Below, in pieces: positions 28,436 to 38,274 of a DNA stretch of 64,000 nucleotides; within the stretch, counting starts at the first letter, position 1; each line of letters begins with the position of its first letter. Both the position numbers and the translations under genes were made by a program. Origin of the DNA: an uncultured Oligoflexales bacterium (GTDB lineage Bacteria; Bdellovibrionota_B; Oligoflexia; Oligoflexales; Oligoflexaceae); assembly GCA_964404325.1 (NCBI GenBank), contig CAYOJQ010000003.1, forward strand, positions 64,857-128,856, written 5' to 3'. Below the pieces are notes generated by a model. It was not told the DNA's origin, did not search any database, and worked only from the letters and a program-made list of their open reading frames with translations.

Positions 28436-29119
28436 ATGAAGCGGAAGTTGCTGTTGCTGATGTCGGGATGGTTGTTGGTTGCTTGCGGAGAAAAGCCAAA
28501 TTCAGAAAATAACGCCGCACTGAATTCCCTTCTCGATGACAAATGTTATTCCCCACAAAAAGAGATCACCCTACAAGATAAGATCAATTGGGTGGAACTC
28601 ATGACACCAGCCGCGCAGGATGCCGAACGCATTCACGGTGTGCCTGCCGCCGCGATCATCGCTATCTCAAGCCGCGAGAGTGGCTACGGCAATACAAAGA
28701 TCTACTTAAACGGTACCAACGCGTTTGGTTTTAAGTGGACGTCCATGGAGCAGTCTGAAGGCCGTGGCTACTATGTATTAGCGTGCCAGCCAGCGGCTGA
28801 TCCCAATAACAAATACATCAAGTTTAAGAACTATTGGGATGCGGCGTTGTTCGTCGGTAAGAGACTCTCGACCGCAAGTCGTTACAAAGCGACGACAGAT
28901 CGTTATGTTCAAGACCGCCGCGACGGTGTGCCGGTGAAAACGGCCGTGGATCGTTGGATTGCTGGAATCGCCGATGCTGGTTATAACTACGACCCAGCAA
29001 CGTATAAGAAACATATCACACAGATGGCTAACAACTATCAAAGTCCAAGCGCAACCTTTTCGGGAACACTGAACTTGTATAAGGCCTCGGAAGGTATGAA
29101 GCCAAGAAGCGCGGAATAA
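28436..29119 (+). CDS. Lipoprotein with a glucosaminidase (FlgJ/AtlA-type N-acetylglucosaminidase) domain
   Basis: The ATG at 28436 gives MKRKLLLLMSGWLLVAC. AAAIIAISSRESGYGNTKIYLNGTNAFGFKW resembles the glucosaminidase-domain catalytic region (E-S-G-x-G ... N-x-F-G-I-K). Confidence 0.65.
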   Translation: MKRKLLLLMSGWLLVACGEKPNSENNAALNSLLDDKCYSPQKEITLQDKINWVELMTPAAQDAERIHGVPAAAIIAISSRESGYGNTKIYLNGTNAFGFKWTSMEQSEGRGYYVLACQPAADPNNKYIKFKNYWDAALFVGKRLSTASRYKATTDRYVQDRRDGVPVKTAVDRWIAGIADAGYNYDPATYKKHITQMANNYQSPSATFSGTLNLYKASEGMKPRSAE

Positions 29120-29143
29120 GACGGAAAATTAAGACAGAAAAGC

Positions 29144-29177
29144 ACGAAGCGGATTTTATGTCCGCTTCGTTTTTTTG
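29144..29177. terminator. Rho-independent terminator between convergent genes
   Basis: acgaagcgga ttttatg tccgcttcgt followed by TTTTTTT. Confidence 0.85.
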
Positions 29178-29178
29178 T

Positions 29179-30495
29179 TTAGGGCTTGTCCGTTACGGAA
29201 GTAATGCCTAGGCGAAGAGCCTTAAACGCAAAGGTGAAGTCGGAAGGGAAATTAAGGCGTTTCTGTGTCACGCTGTTGTCGAACGTTTTATCCGTGCCGC
29301 CATGCTGATGGCAGGCAATACAGTTTGTTTTGGGAAATGTTCCCTCCAAGTAGGGATTCGCGCACCAAGTCTTGTCGCCAAAGCGATTGGTCGCTTCTTT
29401 TAAGGATCCGCCAAGGTCGGCGAAGCGATCGCGATAGTACCTCGTTGGGTCTTTGTCACCATCCACGAAATGACTGACGGTGCACATTTTGTAATTACGA
29501 AATACGGGGTCCATGGTCTGAATGATTTGGTCGCGGTCCGCACCGAAATCTTTGGTAGGATTCTCTGACCACCAAAACGTGGCCCAAATCCACTCACGCA
29601 CTTCTTTTGTCACCACGTGCAATGCGCTCAGGCGATAGAAACTCTTATCAGAGAAGTAGACCGAGAACGCTTTTTGATGCGGGATGTCGGTAACGGGGAT
29701 CTCTTTCGTGGCACGCCACAATCCTTCGCTCAATGTGCGTTTCATAACAGCCGGCGTTGAATCAAAAACGGAAACATTTCGATCGTTGCGCACGAATACC
29801 GCCTTGATCATCACCGCGGCCGGTGGGAATTCTTCTTCGAAACAAAGGGAGAAATTTTTCGCGTCGGGCGTTCTGTACCGTTCTGGAAACTGCTCGATGT
29901 AGCTGGGACTGCAGGCGAGAACTTTTTTGTAATTCAGAAGAAAGTGACTTATAAATTCAGGACTAAAAAGCGTGCGCCCCACTTGCACTCCATCGAATGC
30001 CTGACCATTAGCGTCGCGATGCTGATGGAAAGCCTCTTTATCAATGGGCTGAAACGTCATAAATCGTGGCTTCTTGCCCCAATCCTGAAGAACCTGCGCC
30101 ACACGGGCTGCAGAAAAAGGCGCGCGTTGTTGGCGCTGACTCGGAATGAGCTCGTTAAAAAGCGTGGCGAAGATTTGGCGAAACTCCTCTTGGTCATACC
30201 ATGTCTGCCAAACTGGAACTTTCCACTGATCTGATACTTTTACATCTTGGTTGATGCGTTCAAAAAGACGCCATGCATGATTGCGTCGCGTTTGCATGTT
30301 GCTGTTTATGTCTTGGCCTAGCTCAAAAGGGGCGTAAGAAATAGCGGGTCCAACAGTTTGCCGTGTGGTTGGCGGTAGCAAAGATAACTCGCTTTGTGTC
30401 ACGCCTGTTTTATGATTCTCCTCATTGCCACAAGAAATGAGTGTGGATGAGAGCGCGAATAAAGCCGCGCGTGCGACGAGCTTTTGCCAGTGCAT
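29179..30495 (-). CDS. Lipoprotein of unknown family with a single C-terminal CxxCH heme-c site
   Basis: Lipobox SSTLISC. The only CxxCH is CIACH, near the C-terminus (TNCIACHQHGG). It is divergent from the ACIII operon. Confidence 0.6.
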   Translation of the reverse strand: MHWQKLVARAALFALSSTLISCGNEENHKTGVTQSELSLLPPTTRQTVGPAISYAPFELGQDINSNMQTRRNHAWRLFERINQDVKVSDQWKVPVWQTWYDQEEFRQIFATLFNELIPSQRQQRAPFSAARVAQVLQDWGKKPRFMTFQPIDKEAFHQHRDANGQAFDGVQVGRTLFSPEFISHFLLNYKKVLACSPSYIEQFPERYRTPDAKNFSLCFEEEFPPAAVMIKAVFVRNDRNVSVFDSTPAVMKRTLSEGLWRATKEIPVTDIPHQKAFSVYFSDKSFYRLSALHVVTKEVREWIWATFWWSENPTKDFGADRDQIIQTMDPVFRNYKMCTVSHFVDGDKDPTRYYRDRFADLGGSLKEATNRFGDKTWCANPYLEGTFPKTNCIACHQHGGTDKTFDNSVTQKRLNFPSDFTFAFKALRLGITSVTDKP

Positions 30496-30722
30496 ATGTT
30501 TCTCCGGAAATCAGGTTGATTCTTGTTTTTCGGTTCGCTGCCTCGCGCCTTAAATATGAGAGCCTCAGTCTTCGAGAAGATTGCTTCTCAGCCAAACATG
30601 CCGGCGATCATTCCCACGTTATTCCAAAATCGATCACCGGTCTCTGGCGTATCTGTTGCATAGCCCAACGCCGAGAATTTGACGTATGAGGTATGTTTGT
30701 GCTTTGCCAAAGGCTTCGTTAA

Positions 30723-31373
30723 ATGGCGCAAATTTTTTCTCCACGCGCCAACACCATTCTAATAACTATCGTGATAACGATCGTTGTTGGACTCATTCTC
30801 TTTTTTGTAAGCGCACCGGTTATTCAATCCAGCGAATACATCACGGGTGTGAATCTTGTGCCGGATCAGCCCGTTCCCTTCAGCCATCAGCATCATGCTG
30901 GTGATCTTGGTATTGATTGCCGTTACTGCCATCAAAACGTGGAATCCAGCTCGTTCGCCGGCATGCCCGCGGCGTCCGTATGTATGCATTGTCATTCGCA
31001 AATTTGGCCAAAAACGGCGATGCTCGAACCCATGCGCCAAGCTTACGAAACAGACGCTCCTCTTGCTTGGACAAAGGTCTACAAACTTCCCGATTACGTG
31101 TTCTTCAACCATGCCATTCATATTAACAAAGGCATGGGCTGCTCGTCATGTCACGGCAATGTCAAACAAATGCCTTTGATGCACAAAGCCAATTCTATGC
31201 AAATGAAGTGGTGTCTCGATTGCCACAGAAATCCTGAAAAATTTGTTCGCCCTAAGAGTGAAATTTTCAATGCCGACTGGGTTCCACCAGATGATGGTGG
31301 CGCATTAGCCGCCAAATTGGTGCGGGAATACAAGATCCAAAAAAGAACGGATTGTTACACGTGTCATCGGTGA
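30723..31373 (+). CDS. actA: Alternative Complex III pentaheme cytochrome c subunit
   Basis: An N-terminal TM anchor and five CxxCH sites (CRYCH, CMHCH, CSSCH, CLDCH, CYTCH). It is the first gene of the act cluster. Confidence 0.85.
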   Translation: MAQIFSPRANTILITIVITIVVGLILFFVSAPVIQSSEYITGVNLVPDQPVPFSHQHHAGDLGIDCRYCHQNVESSSFAGMPAASVCMHCHSQIWPKTAMLEPMRQAYETDAPLAWTKVYKLPDYVFFNHAIHINKGMGCSSCHGNVKQMPLMHKANSMQMKWCLDCHRNPEKFVRPKSEIFNADWVPPDDGGALAAKLVREYKIQKRTDCYTCHR

Positions 31374-34252
31374 ATACAAAACAGCATGATTCAGCGGAGC
31401 CAAAATCCTCCAGTCGACGCGATTTTTTGGCATGGACGGCTGCTATTACGAGCTATCTTGCCGTTGGATGTTTTCGCCAACCTCTACAAAAAATCATTCC
31501 TTACGGAAAGATGCCTGAAGAAATTGTCCCAGGGAAACCGTTGTTCTATGCGACGGCCTATCCGTTGGATGGGTACGGAGCGGGTATCCTTGTGGAAAGC
31601 CACATGGGGCGGCCGACAAAAATTGAAGGCAACGTTCTTCATCCCGAAAGTCTCGGTGCCACGGATCCATTCGCACAGGCTTCTGTCCTTGGACTCTATG
31701 ATCCGGATCGTTCCAAATCTTTATGGCACAAAGGCAAGCTCTCAAATTGGGAGGAGTTCACCGGGGCCGTGAGGTTGGTGATGGCTCGCGCTCAAGCCAC
31801 GGAAGGGCGGGGCTTTCGCATCCTAACACCCACAATCACATCTCCAACGTTTACCGCGCAGATGAAGCGCCTTTTGGAAAAATTTCCAAAAGCACGCTGG
31901 CACTGTCACCAACCCATCGCGCATGACCACAGCCGCGAGGGAATTAAAATCGCCTTCGGTAAGGACTACACGCCGCAATACGATTTTTCCAAAGCTGACG
32001 TCATTGTTTCGTTCGCGGATGACTTTCTTTTTAGATCGCCCGCGAAGCTTCGTTATGCGCGGGAGTTTTCACAACGACGAAATCTCAATGAAAAAGAGGC
32101 TTCTTTCCGCATGAATCGTCTCTACGTCATGGAAGCTTCGCCAACGCTGACGGGTGTGGCGGCGGATCATCGTCTCGCCATCGCTCCCAGTCGCGTGGAA
32201 GACTATTTGCGCGCCTTAGCGCGACAGTTAGGTGTGGCGGTCAGCCCGGTGACGCCTATATCCGCGGAGCATCAGCGGTGGATCGATGTGTTGGCGCAAG
32301 ACCTGCGCGCGAACAAAGGGCGTTCCCTTATCTTGGTGGGGGAATCTCTCCCGGCCGCGTGTCATGCATTGCAGCATCGTCTAAACGATGTGTTGCAAAA
32401 TCTGCATGCGACATCCTTTTTTACGGAACCCGTGCAGGCGCATGGAAGTTTGGACCTACCTTCACTGGTGGAAGATATCAATCAGGGGCAGGTGGAGAGT
32501 CTTTTCATTTTGGGAGGAGATCCCGCTTACACCGCTCCCGTCAATGCGCGTTTCACCGATGCTTTGCAGAAGGTGCCCTTCCGCGCCCATTTAAATGTGA
32601 ACGAAAACCAAACAACCTCTCTTTGTCACTGGCATATTCCTGAAACACATTTTCTCGAAAGTTGGGGGGATATCTGTTCCCAAGATGGGACCATAACCAT
32701 CCAGCAGCCGCTGATTGAACCTCTTTTTCAGGGACGTTCTTGTTATGAAGTCATGGCTGCCTTGTTAGGGGATCGAAACGTTTCAACTTATGACATCGTT
32801 CGAGCCTATTGGACGCAGCGACTCAATCGTAGCGAATTCGATGCAACATGGAGTAAATCGTTGCGCGATGGCGTGGTGCCTCATTCCGCGTTGCCGCGTC
32901 AAAAAGTGGCTTCCCCTTCCGAGGCAAAGATTCTCGCCGCGTTGCGCGGAGAAGTCGCTCCACTCGAGAAGTCCGCCATCGAATTGGTGTTTGCTCCCGA
33001 TCCCACGATCTGGGATGGACAGTTTGTGCAAAATGGTTGGTTGCAGGAACTTCCTAAGCCACTTCTCGAATTATGTTGGGACAATGTTGTTCTCATTCAT
33101 CCCCGCACAGCTCAGGCGATCGGCGTGCAAAATCGCGATGAAGTTGAGATCCAACGAGGAGATTACAGTGTTGTCGCTCCTCTGTGGATCCATCCGCTCC
33201 AGGCCCCTTCGTCACTGACGTTGACGCTTGGCTATGGACAAGATCGCGGTGGGCGCATCGGCAGCGGGTTAGGGTATAACGCCTATCGCGTTCGCACGAC
33301 GGATGGCTTGTGGTGGACGAAAGTCACTGCGATTAAAAAAACGGGAAAGAGGGTGGAGTTAGCCATCACCCAGGATGAGCAAAGCAACGCCGGTTATGAT
33401 ATCGCCCGGCATGGAACACTCGAAGCCTTTACGTTAAAGCCAGAAAGTTTCGGGCACGATCCATTTGAAGGACGTTTGCACCAACCCACTGTTTCCATCC
33501 GTGTTCCGGAGGTACCGCCGCAGCCGGAAGCAAAAGAACAGTGGGGCATGGCGATCAACCTCAATGCGTGTATTGGTTGCAATGCGTGCGTTGTTGCCTG
33601 CCAAGCGGAAAATAATATTCCCATCGTCGGGAAAGAAGAGGTGCGTCGCGGTCGCATTATGCACTGGCTGCGCGTGGATCGTTATTTTGTTGGGCCGATC
33701 GAGAAACCGCGAACATTGCTTCAGCCGGTGCCGTGCATGCATTGTGAGACGGCGCCGTGTGAGCTGGTGTGTCCCGTTGCCGCGACCGCTCACAGTCATG
33801 ATGGACTGAATCAGATGGTCTACAATCGCTGTGTGGGGACAAGGTATTGCTCCAACAACTGCCCTTACAAAGTGCGCCGCTTTAATTTCTTCAGCTACGT
33901 CGATCACCGCCCGTTGATTAAAATGCAACGCAATCCCGATGTCACCGTGCGTACGCGTGGCGTGATGGAAAAGTGCACCTATTGCATTCAGCGCATTCAA
34001 GAAAAGCGTATCGATGCCGAGATAGAGGGACGTCCTATCGCTGATGGGGAAGTGCTTACCGCCTGCCAGCAGGTGTGTCCGACACAAGCTATTATATTCG
34101 GTAATATTAAAGATCCCACCGCGCAGGTGACGAAATTAAAGGCGCAGCCGCACAACTACACTGTCTTGTCTGAGTTAAACACACGTCCACGCACCAGTTA
34201 TTTGGCAAAGATTCGCAATCCCAACCCCGCATTGGTTGAGCGTGCGTCATGA
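31352..34252 (+). CDS. actB: Alternative Complex III subunit ActB (molybdopterin-oxidoreductase-like domain fused to a 4Fe-4S ferredoxin domain)
   Basis: Tat motif SSRRDFLAWTAA. The C-terminal part carries Fe-S cluster motifs CIGCNACVVAC, CMHCETAPCELVCP and CVGTRYCSNNCPYKVRRFN. The start codon is uncertain; a GTG near 31370 is possible. Confidence 0.9.
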   Translation: MLHVSSVNTKQHDSAEPKSSSRRDFLAWTAAITSYLAVGCFRQPLQKIIPYGKMPEEIVPGKPLFYATAYPLDGYGAGILVESHMGRPTKIEGNVLHPESLGATDPFAQASVLGLYDPDRSKSLWHKGKLSNWEEFTGAVRLVMARAQATEGRGFRILTPTITSPTFTAQMKRLLEKFPKARWHCHQPIAHDHSREGIKIAFGKDYTPQYDFSKADVIVSFADDFLFRSPAKLRYAREFSQRRNLNEKEASFRMNRLYVMEASPTLTGVAADHRLAIAPSRVEDYLRALARQLGVAVSPVTPISAEHQRWIDVLAQDLRANKGRSLILVGESLPAACHALQHRLNDVLQNLHATSFFTEPVQAHGSLDLPSLVEDINQGQVESLFILGGDPAYTAPVNARFTDALQKVPFRAHLNVNENQTTSLCHWHIPETHFLESWGDICSQDGTITIQQPLIEPLFQGRSCYEVMAALLGDRNVSTYDIVRAYWTQRLNRSEFDATWSKSLRDGVVPHSALPRQKVASPSEAKILAALRGEVAPLEKSAIELVFAPDPTIWDGQFVQNGWLQELPKPLLELCWDNVVLIHPRTAQAIGVQNRDEVEIQRGDYSVVAPLWIHPLQAPSSLTLTLGYGQDRGGRIGSGLGYNAYRVRTTDGLWWTKVTAIKKTGKRVELAITQDEQSNAGYDIARHGTLEAFTLKPESFGHDPFEGRLHQPTVSIRVPEVPPQPEAKEQWGMAINLNACIGCNACVVACQAENNIPIVGKEEVRRGRIMHWLRVDRYFVGPIEKPRTLLQPVPCMHCETAPCELVCPVAATAHSHDGLNQMVYNRCVGTRYCSNNCPYKVRRFNFFSYVDHRPLIKMQRNPDVTVRTRGVMEKCTYCIQRIQEKRIDAEIEGRPIADGEVLTACQQVCPTQAIIFGNIKDPTAQVTKLKAQPHNYTVLSELNTRPRTSYLAKIRNPNPALVERAS

Positions 34253-35625
34253 AACAAACCAAACAGGAAATCGAAGCGATTTTGCAGGCTCCTGTGGTTG
34301 CGCCGAACCAATCTTTGGATTCCGTCACTCAAGATATTTCATCGATTGTTTTGAAGCCGGGTTTTCATCGGGGATGGATTTTGGGGTTCTTCCTAGCCCT
34401 AGGCTTGCTGATGGTGTTTTTTCTCGCGATCACGGTGCTCTTTGTCCGAGGTGTGGGAATATGGGGCATCAACATTCCCGTCGCGTGGGCCTTTGCCATC
34501 ATCAATTTTGTTTGGTGGATCGGTATTGGGCACGCGGGAACTTTGATTTCCGCCTTTCTTTTGTTGCTTCGCCAGCAGTGGCGCACATCCATCAACCGTT
34601 TCGCTGAAGCGATGACTCTCTTTGCCGTGATGTGCGCGGGACTGTTTCCGCTTCTGCACCTTGGGCGGCCGTGGGTATTTTATTGGCTTTTCCCTTATCC
34701 TAACTCCATGGGAGTTTGGCCGCAGTTTCGCAGCCCGCTTATGTGGGACATTTTCGCGGTTTCAACTTACTTCACGGTGTCTCTCCTTTTTTGGTATCTC
34801 GGCTTGATTCCCGATCTCGCCACCCTGCGCGATCGCGCGCAAAGTAAACGGGCGCGCATTGGTTTCGGCGTCGCCGCTCTCGGTTGGCGCAATTCCGCGC
34901 GTCATTGGGCACACTACGAACTGGCTTATTTGCTGCTTGCGGGACTCGCCACGCCTCTGGTGATCTCTGTACACAGCGTCGTGAGTTTTGACTTTAGCGT
35001 GGCGCAACTACCGGGATGGCATTCAACCATTTTTCCCCCGTATTTTGTGGCGGGAGCGATTTACTCCGGCTTTGCGATGGTGCTCACCCTTGCCATTCCC
35101 ATTCGTAAGTTTTATGGGCTTGAAAAATTTCTCACCACGCGCCATCTGAATAACATGGCGAAAGTCATGCTCGCCACAGGGCTTATTGTTGCCTACGGCT
35201 ACGTTGTTGAAACATTCATGGCATTTTACAGCGGAAATGTTTTCGAGCGAGACATGATGATGGATCGATTTTTTGGATCCTACGCATTTATTTTCTGGGG
35301 GGTCTTTCTTTGTAATATTTTGATCCCGCAACTTCTTTGGTTTCCACGCGTTCGCGCTCATGTTGGCGCACTGTTCATCCTCTCGCTGGTGATCAACCTG
35401 GGCATGTGGCTCGAACGCTTTATGATTATCGTCGGAAGTCTACATCGTAGTTTCATGCCATCTTCTTGGCGCATGTATGCCCCCACATTTTGGGATTACG
35501 CGACGTTGCTAGGAAGTTTCGGGCTCTTCTTCACCATGATGTTTCTTTTCTTGCGATTCATTCCCATGGTGTCGATGTCGGAGATGCGTCAGCTCGTGAC
35601 GGAAACGGAGCATGAAGAAGCATGA
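34249..35625 (+). CDS. actC: Alternative Complex III membrane subunit ActC (NrfD/PsrC-like quinol-binding subunit)
   Basis: About 10 TM helices with NrfD-type sequence (INFVWWIGIGHAGTLISA). Its ATG overlaps the actB stop (ATGA). Confidence 0.9.
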   Translation: MKQTKQEIEAILQAPVVAPNQSLDSVTQDISSIVLKPGFHRGWILGFFLALGLLMVFFLAITVLFVRGVGIWGINIPVAWAFAIINFVWWIGIGHAGTLISAFLLLLRQQWRTSINRFAEAMTLFAVMCAGLFPLLHLGRPWVFYWLFPYPNSMGVWPQFRSPLMWDIFAVSTYFTVSLLFWYLGLIPDLATLRDRAQSKRARIGFGVAALGWRNSARHWAHYELAYLLLAGLATPLVISVHSVVSFDFSVAQLPGWHSTIFPPYFVAGAIYSGFAMVLTLAIPIRKFYGLEKFLTTRHLNNMAKVMLATGLIVAYGYVVETFMAFYSGNVFERDMMMDRFFGSYAFIFWGVFLCNILIPQLLWFPRVRAHVGALFILSLVINLGMWLERFMIIVGSLHRSFMPSSWRMYAPTFWDYATLLGSFGLFFTMMFLFLRFIPMVSMSEMRQLVTETEHEEA

Positions 35626-36212
35626 CCAAAGAACGCGAAAAAATGTTTGGTCTGCTGGCGGAGTTTTCCGACGCCACGGCTCTTTTGCAAGCGGTTACGC
35701 GCACGCGTGAGGAAGGCTATTCACGCATCGATGCTTACGCGCCATTTCCAGTCGAAGGGTTGTCGTTGGCCTTGGGAACCCGTCGCAGTCCCGTGTCCAT
35801 GATTGTGCTTATCGCGGGGCTTCTCGGGGTGAGTTCTGGGTATCTTCTGCAATATTACTGTGCGGCTATCGGCTATCCCATCAATGTGGCTGGGCGCCCC
35901 CTTAACAGTGTGCCCGCGTTTGTACCCGTTTCCTTCGAATTGACTATTTTGTTCGCAGCTCTCTCCGCGTTTATGGCTGTTTTGCTATTAAACGGCCTGC
36001 CACGTCTGCATCATCCTCTCTTTAATGTTCCCGCTTTCGGCGCCGCTAGCCAGGACAAATTTTTTGTCTGCATTGAGGCGAGCGATCCTCGTTTTGATCC
36101 GGAACAAACGGAAACGTTCCTCAAAAGTTTAAATCCCCTGGGCGTCTATGACGTCCCCCTGCATCAACAGGAGGACGTGCAACATGCACAAGAGGATGGG
36201 CAACATGCGTGA
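35622..36212 (+). CDS. actD: Alternative Complex III subunit ActD (DUF3341)
   Basis: LLAEFSD...L..A....R..GY..IDAYAPFPVEGL is the conserved DUF3341 N-terminus. It has two TM helices, and its start overlaps the actC stop (ATGA). Confidence 0.8.
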   Translation: MTKEREKMFGLLAEFSDATALLQAVTRTREEGYSRIDAYAPFPVEGLSLALGTRRSPVSMIVLIAGLLGVSSGYLLQYYCAAIGYPINVAGRPLNSVPAFVPVSFELTILFAALSAFMAVLLLNGLPRLHHPLFNVPAFGAASQDKFFVCIEASDPRFDPEQTETFLKSLNPLGVYDVPLHQQEDVQHAQEDGQHA

Positions 36213-36768
36213 TTTTCGCTTCTTCTTGTTTCTGCTGGGCATGGTGCTGAGCTGTGAATCGCATGATATGGCGCGGCAGGAAGCCTACCGCATCTACAAT
36301 CCCAGTTCTTTTTTTGCGAATGGACGCTCCGCGCGTCTTCCCGTTCCTGGAACAAAAGATCGCGGCAGCGCCGAGAGCGAAGCGCTCACGCGGGCAGCGC
36401 ACGAAAACACTAGGGAACTCCCTTTCGCTCTTACGCGCGAAGATTTATTCCGCGGGCAATCGCGGTTCGACATCAACTGTGCTCCCTGTCACGGTCGCAC
36501 CGGACTCGGAAACGGCATGATTGTGCAAAGGGGGTATTCACGCCCGCCCAACTTTCACTCGCCCGTGCAAAAAGCAAAATCCATGGGCCATATTTTTCTG
36601 GTGGTCACCAATGGCTTCGGTGCCATGCCGTCTTATGCGGGTCAGGTTCCCGTTCGCGATCGTTGGTTGATTGCCGCGTATATTAAGGCCTTGGAGGTGA
36701 GCCGCAGCGTTCCGTTCCAGAGTCTTCCCCCAGACAAAAAAATTCTTTTGGAAGGGAAGCAGCCATGA
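36205..36768 (+). CDS. actE: Alternative Complex III monoheme cytochrome c lipoprotein ActE
   Basis: The ATG at 36205 gives MRDFRFFLFLLGMVLSC (lipobox). There is a single CAPCHG heme site and a downstream GAMPSY Met ligand region. It overlaps actD by 8 nt. Confidence 0.8.
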   Translation: MRDFRFFLFLLGMVLSCESHDMARQEAYRIYNPSSFFANGRSARLPVPGTKDRGSAESEALTRAAHENTRELPFALTREDLFRGQSRFDINCAPCHGRTGLGNGMIVQRGYSRPPNFHSPVQKAKSMGHIFLVVTNGFGAMPSYAGQVPVRDRWLIAAYIKALEVSRSVPFQSLPPDKKILLEGKQP

Positions 36769-37874
36769 CGTTCCGTTGGCAGGATCCACAGATGCGTTTC
36801 ATGCTCGCCATCGGCGGCATTGTGCTGCTCCTACTCTGCCTTCTTGGGCTTAGGGGAGATCCCGTCCAATTTTTCTCTTCGTATCTGATCGCCTTTTCCA
36901 TGTGGTTGGGTGTTTCATTGGGATGCACCACCATCTGGATGATTTACAACCTCACGGGTGGACGTTGGGGAGAGGCAAGCCTTCCCATTTTCAAGGCGGC
37001 GAGCCAGACATTACCCCTCATGCTCCTTCTTTATATTCCCAATATTTTCGCCCTGCGTTTTCTCTATCCGTGGGCGCAGCCTTCCGCCGCGCTTCATGCT
37101 GAAAACTTCGCTTCCATGACATGGTATTTAAACAAGCCATTTTTCTTTTTGCGGGCCGCTCTTTGTTTTTTGATTTGGCTGAGCGTGGCTTTTTCTCTAA
37201 GGCGCCGGTCCTTGGATAAAACACAGCCCGTGGAAGGATTCAGCGGAATGGGCATTCTTCTTTTTGCCGCCACCATGACTGTTGCGGCTTTTGATTGGAT
37301 CCTCTCTCTCAGCTTATTCAATCACTCAACGATATTTGGTTTGTTAGTGATTCTGGGGCAGGTGGTTAGTTCGTTTGCCTTTATCATTTTCGCGCTGTTG
37401 TTTTTCAAACGCGGCGGCGGCCCCGATCTACAAACAAAGACTCTCCACGATCTGGCGAATCTTCTTTTCACCGTGGTGGTTCTTTGGACGTACCTTTCCT
37501 ATTCCCAGTTGATCATCACTTGGTCTGGTCAAAAGGCTGAAGAGGTTGTGTGGTACAACAGCCGCTTTATGGGTGGATGGGGTGGAGTGGGGGCTCTGCT
37601 TATTTTTCTCTACTTCGTCGTTCCCTTTAGTCTGTTGCTGTTTCGCTCCTTCAAAACCAACCCCAGGCAGATGCGAATTCTTGCCGGCATGCTTGTCCTG
37701 ACGCAATGGCTTAACACCGTTTGGCTCGTGCTTCCCACAATCTCACCCATGAAATTAACCTGGAGTTGGATGCAGTGTGTGGCGCCCGTAGCCGTTGGGG
37801 CGCTTTGGCTGGCTGCTTTTATGAATGCATTGGATCGTGGAGCGATTTTTGCTTTGCGCAAGCGAGCGAGGTAG
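36765..37874 (+). CDS. actF: Alternative Complex III membrane subunit ActF
   Basis: A polytopic membrane protein (about 9-10 TM) directly following actE with an ATGA overlap. The position and topology fit ActF. Confidence 0.75.
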   Translation: MTFRWQDPQMRFMLAIGGIVLLLLCLLGLRGDPVQFFSSYLIAFSMWLGVSLGCTTIWMIYNLTGGRWGEASLPIFKAASQTLPLMLLLYIPNIFALRFLYPWAQPSAALHAENFASMTWYLNKPFFFLRAALCFLIWLSVAFSLRRRSLDKTQPVEGFSGMGILLFAATMTVAAFDWILSLSLFNHSTIFGLLVILGQVVSSFAFIIFALLFFKRGGGPDLQTKTLHDLANLLFTVVVLWTYLSYSQLIITWSGQKAEEVVWYNSRFMGGWGGVGALLIFLYFVVPFSLLLFRSFKTNPRQMRILAGMLVLTQWLNTVWLVLPTISPMKLTWSWMQCVAPVAVGALWLAAFMNALDRGAIFALRKRAR

Positions 37875-37878
37875 CATC

Positions 37879-38274
37879 GTGGAACACGCGGATTCAAACA
37901 CTTCGTTAGGTTATGAGGCCAATGATATCGATGTAAAAGGCATCGTCATAGCCACGACTATTATTTTGGGACTGCTTGTCGCGATCGTATTTATGCTCAG
38001 ACCTCTGTTTAGTATCAATCTCATGCAGCACGTTCTCACCACCAATAAATCAACTGTCACGCAAAACTTTCCAGTTCCTCTCCTGCAGCCTTTTCCTCGT
38101 GTCGATTGGCAGGACTTTCACACTTGGGAAGAGGATCAGTTGGACTCTTACGGTTGGGTTGATGCCGAAAAACGGATTGTGCGCGTTCCCATCAGCGAAG
38201 CCATGGACGTTTTTCTGCGGCAAGAGCAAGCACGTGCCAAGGAAAGGGGGAAACATGTCGTCCCTGCCCCTTAA
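37879..38274 (+). CDS. Single-pass membrane protein of unknown function between actF and SCO1 (possible ACIII/oxidase accessory subunit)
   Basis: The GTG at 37879 comes 4 nt after the actF stop and is preceded by GAGG. It has one TM helix (IVIATTIILGLLVAIVFML). It overlaps the SCO1 start by 20 nt, which suggests co-translation with the cluster. Confidence 0.5.
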   Translation: MEHADSNTSLGYEANDIDVKGIVIATTIILGLLVAIVFMLRPLFSINLMQHVLTTNKSTVTQNFPVPLLQPFPRVDWQDFHTWEEDQLDSYGWVDAEKRIVRVPISEAMDVFLRQEQARAKERGKHVVPAP

